Shown: in pieces, positions 59,260 through 64,000 of the stretch | Numbering within the stretch: the stretch's first letter is position 1 | Layout of the letters: each line of letters starts with the position of its first letter | Source: Bacteroidota bacterium | GTDB lineage: Bacteria > Bacteroidota > Bacteroidia > 2-12-FULL-35-15 | DNA length: 64,000 nt | Direction of reading: 5' to 3' | Assembly: GCA_947476185.1 (NCBI GenBank) | Contig: CANJPX010000008.1 | Location: forward strand, 5,693 to 69,692 | Made by a program: the position numbers and the translations under genes | The notes under the pieces: model-generated | The model's database searches: none | What the model was told of the DNA's origin: nothing | Seen by the model: only the letters and a program-made list of their open reading frames with translations

Positions 59260-60144
59260 TTAGTTCATTTTAACTTTTTTGCCAAAATATTTACGCAAGC
59301 CATTTGCGAGTAAATTGGCAATTAATACAATAAAAATAAGCACCAATGCTGTACCATAAGCAATAGGTCTAGATTCTTCTATGTTCGTTCCACTCGTTGA
59401 AATAACATACAAGTGGTATGGTAATGCCATCGCCTGATCAAAAATACTTGTCGGTAATTTCGGTAAAAAATAGGCTGCAACAGTAAATAATATAGGCGCT
59501 GTTTCTCCGGATACTCTTCCAATAGAAAGAATTAATCCGGTAATGATGTTTGGAAAAGCAATTGGCAATACTACCCTGCGTGTTGTTTCCCATTTACTTG
59601 CTCCTAATCCTAAACTAGCTTGTCGGAATGTATTATCAACTGATTTTAATGCTTCTTCCGTAATACGGATAACAACAGGAAGCGCTAATAATCCTAAGGT
59701 AAGTGAGCCTGCCAAAAGAGAATCACCAAACCCCAATTTATTTACAAATAAGGACATACCAAATAAACCGAAAACAATTGAAGGAATACCTGCAAGATTA
59801 TTTGTCATCTGCTTTATTATTTTTTTGATGATCCCGTCTTTCACATATTCGTTCATATAAATTGCGGCAAAAACGCCAACCGGAAAAGCAAAAAGCATAC
59901 TTCCACCAACCAAACACAATGTACCAATTATAGCAGGGAAAATGCCTCCTTTGGTCATTCCTTCCTCGGGCATTTTCGTGATAAAATCCCAGCTGATCAC
60001 CGAAAATCCTTTAATGATAATAAAAGATAGAATAACAAAAAGTATCGCCACAACAGCATAACTAAGAATCCTGAAAATCCAAAATGCGATTGCCTGATTC
60101 CGCTTTTTGTTTTTTGCTAATTTATTTTCGTCTACCAATTCCAT
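59260..60144 (-). CDS. pstA: phosphate ABC transporter permease PstA
   Basis: 6-TM permease with EAA-like loop ([15 protein letters not shown]). Confidence 0.88.
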   Translation of the reverse strand: MELVDENKLAKNKKRNQAIAFWIFRILSYAVVAILFVILSFIIIKGFSVISWDFITKMPEEGMTKGGIFPAIIGTLCLVGGSMLFAFPVGVFAAIYMNEYVKDGIIKKIIKQMTNNLAGIPSIVFGLFGMSLFVNKLGFGDSLLAGSLTLGLLALPVVIRITEEALKSVDNTFRQASLGLGASKWETTRRVVLPIAFPNIITGLILSIGRVSGETAPILFTVAAYFLPKLPTSIFDQAMALPYHLYVISTSGTNIEESRPIAYGTALVLIFIVLIANLLANGLRKYFGKKVKMN

Positions 60145-61352
60145 TAGTGTTTATTGTGTTGTTTTCTGTTCGAAATAAATTCAACAGCAAGATTGATAAA
60201 TAAGGTGATCAGGAAAAGTATGCAACCCAATGCAAACAATGCCTGATAATGCAAACCTCCATTTGGTGCCTCACCAAGTTCAGCAGCAATCGTTGCCGGA
60301 ATAGTCCGAACAGGTTCTAAGATCGAATGTGGAATCACGGCAGCATTTCCTGTTACCATCAATACAGCCATTGTTTCACCGATAGCGCGGCCGATCCCTA
60401 AAATAGCTCCTGCAGAAATTCCTGAAATAGAATAGGGTATAACAACTTTATAAATTGTTTGCCACTTGCTGGCGCCTAAAGCCAAACTAGCTTCTTTCAT
60501 GGCACGCGGAGTATTCCGCATTGCATCTTCCGAAATAGTTATTATGGTAGGCAAAGCCATTATTCCTAAAATTATACTACCAGCCAAACCGGTTTCACCA
60601 ACGGGAAGATTAAATGTTTTTTGAATAAGCGGTACAATAATTACCAATCCGAAAAATCCGTAAACAACAGAAGGGATTCCTGCAAGAAGTTCGATCAAAG
60701 GTTTCATAATCCTACGAACATTATCCTTCGCGATCTCACTCATAAAAATTGCAGCAGCTAATCCTAAAGGCAATGCTAATAAGATCGCACCAAAACTTAC
60801 CCATAAGGTTCCAAGTATTAAAGGCAATACGCCTAACTGAGCAGAAGGCTGAGCTGTTGGGAACCATTCTTTACCACCGAAAAATTCTTTCAGACTTACT
60901 TTGTCCACAGTCAATTCATGACCTTTAAAATCTTTCGCAAGATATTTTTTCGGAAAAAAAGCAATGATATCAGGTAGGCTGTCAACCAAACGGTTAATAC
61001 AAGTAGATAGTCCTTCAAAATTTTCACCTATTTCTTCGTCAGAATAAAAATTAGAAATATCTTCTGCACGGAATAAAATTATGGAATCAGGTTTACCGCC
61101 AATCTCACTCCAGTGTGTAATCTTCTGATCGTAAATATTTTTTATTTGTTCGGAGGATAATGTTTTTAGCGGATTGCTTTTGCTGAGCGCGATAACATAG
61201 CCTTCTTCAACTGGTTTTTTATCAAAGACACCTAAACCTTCTTTGAAAAGAAAAAAAACAATAAGCACCACAGTAAGACTAGTGATTGTTCCGCTCAACA
61301 TCAACAAGCCTTCAATAAACTTTTCGGAAAATTTTTTATAAAACGTTTTCAA
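60144..61352 (-). CDS. pstC: phosphate ABC transporter permease PstC with about 110-aa N-terminal extension
   Basis: EAA-like loop LGASKWQTIYKVVIP. The N-terminal extra periplasmic segment comes before the first core TM. Confidence 0.85.
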   Translation of the reverse strand: MKTFYKKFSEKFIEGLLMLSGTITSLTVVLIVFFLFKEGLGVFDKKPVEEGYVIALSKSNPLKTLSSEQIKNIYDQKITHWSEIGGKPDSIILFRAEDISNFYSDEEIGENFEGLSTCINRLVDSLPDIIAFFPKKYLAKDFKGHELTVDKVSLKEFFGGKEWFPTAQPSAQLGVLPLILGTLWVSFGAILLALPLGLAAAIFMSEIAKDNVRRIMKPLIELLAGIPSVVYGFFGLVIIVPLIQKTFNLPVGETGLAGSIILGIMALPTIITISEDAMRNTPRAMKEASLALGASKWQTIYKVVIPYSISGISAGAILGIGRAIGETMAVLMVTGNAAVIPHSILEPVRTIPATIAAELGEAPNGGLHYQALFALGCILFLITLFINLAVEFISNRKQHNKH

Positions 61353-61516
61353 GCAAATTCAATCTTTAAATACATTGCAAAGTTAGATTCAAGCGCCTTT
61401 CTTTTAGTATATTAATTGTTATGCTTGTGTTAATTTAATGTTAAATGACGTTTCGGAAAATAAAAAAGCACCTTACATTTCTGCAAGGCGCTTCCTTCAA
61501 TCTAACTAAACAGGAT

Positions 61517-62338
61517 CTATTTTGTCAATGGGACATACCCCACAGCTTCAACCGTTTTTTGTCCTTCGGCAGATAAAATATAATCAACGAAAGGCTTAAC
61601 TGTTTTTTCAACAGTGGTCAGGTAATAATAATACAAAGGACGGACGATCGGATATGTTCTATCTTTTGCAGTTGCCATTGATGGAGCGATATAAGTCTTC
61701 CCTTTATCGTAAGATACCTTCAACGCTTTTACTTCCTTTTCCATATAAGCTAATCCGATGTAACCAATTGCCCCTTTTGTCTGACTAACAGACTGAACAA
61801 TCGCACCAGTAGCAGGCATGTTTAAAACGGAAGAAGCATAGTTCTTTTTGTTCAAAACATGATCCTTAAAGAACTCATATGTTCCAGAACTTGATTCACG
61901 CGAATAAACAACTATCTGAAGATCATCTCCACCAACTTCTTTCCAATTTTTTATTTTTCCGGTATAGATACCTTCCAATTGTTCGCGGGTAAGTTGAGAA
62001 ACTTTATTTGCCGGATTTACAATCACCGATAACGCATCGTATGCAATGATGGTTTCTTTGTATGCACGCCCTGCATCCTGCAATTTCATTTTTTCATCCA
62101 TTTTGATCTTACGGGACGACATTGCAATATCTGTTGAATTATCCACCAAAGCCGCTAATCCAACACCACTTCCACCACCTGTAACAGTAATTTTTGCAGA
62201 TTTATTCGCTTTCATATAACTTTCTGCTTCTTTTTGTGAAAGAGGCAAAACAGTATCACTTCCTTTTATTTTTTGTGCAACGCCTATACCTGTGTATAAA
62301 CTCAATGCAATAATTAACACTTTCGATTTCATTTTCAT
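61517..62338 (-). CDS. pstS: phosphate-binding protein PstS
   Basis: Signal peptide and PBP fold with SGSGVG-type phosphate-binding loop (TGGGSGVGLAAL ... SRESSSGTYEFF). Confidence 0.85.
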   Translation of the reverse strand: MKMKSKVLIIALSLYTGIGVAQKIKGSDTVLPLSQKEAESYMKANKSAKITVTGGGSGVGLAALVDNSTDIAMSSRKIKMDEKMKLQDAGRAYKETIIAYDALSVIVNPANKVSQLTREQLEGIYTGKIKNWKEVGGDDLQIVVYSRESSSGTYEFFKDHVLNKKNYASSVLNMPATGAIVQSVSQTKGAIGYIGLAYMEKEVKALKVSYDKGKTYIAPSMATAKDRTYPIVRPLYYYYLTTVEKTVKPFVDYILSAEGQKTVEAVGYVPLTK

Positions 62339-62378
62339 TTTTTCTATTATTTTATTTGATACAAAATTACATTTGCTA

Positions 62379-62397
62379 TGTTAAGCGAGTGTTAAGC
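62379..62397 (-). promoter_or_regulatory. candidate Pho box: direct repeats GCTTAACA-N3-GCTTAACA (minus-strand reading) with 11-bp periodicity, 40-60 bp upstream of pstS
   Basis: Plus strand reads TGTTAAGCGAGTGTTAAGC. The geometry mimics PhoB-type direct-repeat sites. The same TTAACA core recurs at 57555-57619 and 63886-63904. Confidence 0.4.
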
Positions 62398-62429
62398 TAA
62401 AATTGTATTGATGTTATCTTAATGTTTTC

Positions 62430-62467
62430 AAAAAAACCTCCCCAACGCATCGGGGAGGTTTCAATAT
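62430..62467. terminator. rho-independent terminator after the porin gene (bidirectional)
   Basis: AAAAAAA-CCTCCCC-AACGCATC-GGGGAGG-TTTCAATATTTTTT. Confidence 0.7.
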
Positions 62468-62483
62468 TTTTTGATCTCAATTA

Positions 62484-63821
62484 TTAAAATTTATATTGGA
62501 ATCTCATCGTAAATACGTTATCCGGAATATCTTTCCAATAACCTTTGCTTGTAAGATTTTTACTGGTTTCATTCGTTACCATGTCGTAGTAAAAAGAAAG
62601 TTTAATATTATTATCCCACTTATAATTATAGCCAACACCAAGGGTTGAATATTTCAGGTCAGCAGTCCCCAATTTGCTACCTGATGCAGCAATCTGATCA
62701 CCAGATACTTTTGTATTTGGATCGTACCAATCGTATTTAATTACAATTTGATGTTTTGTCTGCATGATATTCTGGATGAAATAAAAGTATGCACCATTAA
62801 AACTTCTTAAGTAAGTATCAGCAGTGTGCGTATAAGCTGAAGCGTCTGATAATGCTGCACTCGGACTTTTTGTTGAACTTGAAGATCCGGGTTGAACACC
62901 TTGAATATATTCGCCTTTCAAAGTTGTAATACCAAAAGGAAAATCGAAAGAGATCTGAGCATCAATTCCCATGTATTGGCGTTGTGCAATTTTACCAGTA
63001 TTAGTAGTAGCAGAATCTACAACAAATCCATATTTTCCGGAATTATTCGGAATTGAATCAATTGTTTTATAAATATATTTGTTCGCCTGACGAACTCCTC
63101 CATCATAAAAAGAAACGCCTAGACCATATTTAAATTTTTCTGATTTGCTAGATTTAGCGACAGAAAGACGGCTGATAAAATCTTTTTGAAAATCAAAATC
63201 GGATGCTTTTCCTGCAGTACCATTGAACATACCTGCTTCAAATTTTAAGAAATTGAATTTAGATGTTTTCGGCATCTGAAAAGTAAGCATTCCTCCAAGG
63301 TCATTTTCTCCCGGTAACAATGTTTGCGACATACGGCCGCGCTCAGGGGATTCTAAAGCACTTGAAGAATTAGGCGCTTCGTATCCAAATGGCACATCAA
63401 AAATACCCATCTGTAAAGAAACTGCTTGTAACCAAGGTTCTGTAAATTTAACATAAGCCTCTTTTGTACGAATCTCTGTTTCATTTGCATCCAACTGAAA
63501 TACAAATTGTGTCAGACGATTATCATAAACAATTTTAACCCGTCCCCTTCTAACAGTAAAACGTTTATCGACATTTGATTTAAAATCACCACCTGCGAAA
63601 GAGGGAACACCAGAAGAATCAGCAACTTGAAATTGCGCCTGAATATATCCTGAAATTTTAACTTTTTTAAATAGTGCAAAATCTTCTTGCAATTTACTTA
63701 CCGCTCTAGTAAGAGTGTCTAATGGAGTTTCTTGCGCTTCCTGAGCATTTAGCTTAAAGCTATAACTTGTAAAAGCTATAAAAGCTACAAGCGTTAATAA
63801 AAGGTTTGTTTTTAGTTTCAT
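62484..63821 (-). CDS. outer-membrane porin, probably phosphate-selective (OprO/P-like)
   Basis: Signal peptide, beta-strand alternation and C-terminal aromatic (..RFQYKF). Position at the head of the pst operon, with a TTAACA motif upstream. Confidence 0.6.
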   Translation of the reverse strand: MKLKTNLLLTLVAFIAFTSYSFKLNAQEAQETPLDTLTRAVSKLQEDFALFKKVKISGYIQAQFQVADSSGVPSFAGGDFKSNVDKRFTVRRGRVKIVYDNRLTQFVFQLDANETEIRTKEAYVKFTEPWLQAVSLQMGIFDVPFGYEAPNSSSALESPERGRMSQTLLPGENDLGGMLTFQMPKTSKFNFLKFEAGMFNGTAGKASDFDFQKDFISRLSVAKSSKSEKFKYGLGVSFYDGGVRQANKYIYKTIDSIPNNSGKYGFVVDSATTNTGKIAQRQYMGIDAQISFDFPFGITTLKGEYIQGVQPGSSSSTKSPSAALSDASAYTHTADTYLRSFNGAYFYFIQNIMQTKHQIVIKYDWYDPNTKVSGDQIAASGSKLGTADLKYSTLGVGYNYKWDNNIKLSFYYDMVTNETSKNLTSKGYWKDIPDNVFTMRFQYKF

Positions 63822-64000
63822 AGTGATTATGTAATGGTTAATTTAACTTTAACTGGCACAAATGTATTTTCAATTCATTTCTTTTGTGTTACGCCAATGT
63901 TAACTTTACATAAACTTTGTGGTAAAAATAAAACACGCAATCAATTGATTGAGTGTTTTAAAGCTCATTAAATAAGCAAACAGAAAGGGAAACAAACAAG

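Noticed and set aside
1-64000. CRISPR arrays, restriction-modification, toxin-antitoxin or other defence islands
   Set aside because: No short regularly spaced direct repeats, no methyltransferase or nuclease pairs, and no small paired ORFs suggestive of toxin-antitoxin systems were seen. The repeats present are in-gene adhesin repeats and REP-like palindromes.

Overview
This 64 kb window looks like a chromosomal segment from a low-GC Bacteroidota genome (family call is inference). Coding density is about 85%.

Gene order, left to right:
- 1-10.6 kb: an unusually dense two-component/phosphorelay cluster. It holds the 3' end of a histidine kinase, a lone receiver, a receiver-PP2C phosphatase, a receiver-DHp protein, a GlcG/HbpS-like gene abutting a 1364-aa soluble hybrid kinase (GAF-PAS-HisKA-HATPase-REC-Hpt), a sigma54-type NtrC-family regulator and a PAS kinase.
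- 10.6-18.1 kb: an orphan 797-aa secreted LRR-like protein, a DPP-IV-type S9 peptidase, and a bPH / membrane protein / YtfJ(GerW) trio.
- 18.4-33.4 kb: a formate/C1 oxidation island on the minus strand. It carries two paralogous Cys-type molybdopterin formate dehydrogenase alpha subunits with different NuoE/NuoF-like diaphorase partners, plus fdhD, fhs, a rubrerythrin-like gene and a ferredoxin-domain gene. A T9SS-secreted protein sits between the two modules.
- 33.9-41.7 kb: a TPR-TM-PP2C phosphatase, tRNA-Arg(CCT), cytochrome c, lpxD plus an acyltransferase, and a TPR-histidine kinase/LuxR-regulator pair.
- 41.9-47.2 kb: a 1405-aa T9SS type-B-CTD adhesin built from near-identical 225-bp tandem repeats, followed by its PorP/SprF partner.
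- 47.3-54.6 kb: housekeeping genes (MGMT-like, trmB, glycosyltransferase, epimerase, tyrS) interspersed with palindromic REP-like repeats and a small GIY-YIG nuclease cassette flanked by perfect inverted repeats.
- 55.2-63.8 kb: the phosphate regulon on the minus strand (PiT + DUF47, phoU, pstBACS, porin).

I found no CRISPR array, no integrase or prophage and no recognisable defence system. The observations I rate most worth follow-up are the GlcG-hybrid kinase module inside the multi-receiver phosphorelay cluster, the dual formate dehydrogenase modules (one with a bifurcating-type diaphorase architecture), the YtfJ module in a non-sporulator, the GIY-YIG cassette, and TTAACA-type repeats upstream of pstS, the porin and pit that may be a Pho box. 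All calls rest on reading motifs in the supplied translations and DNA; no database search was possible.
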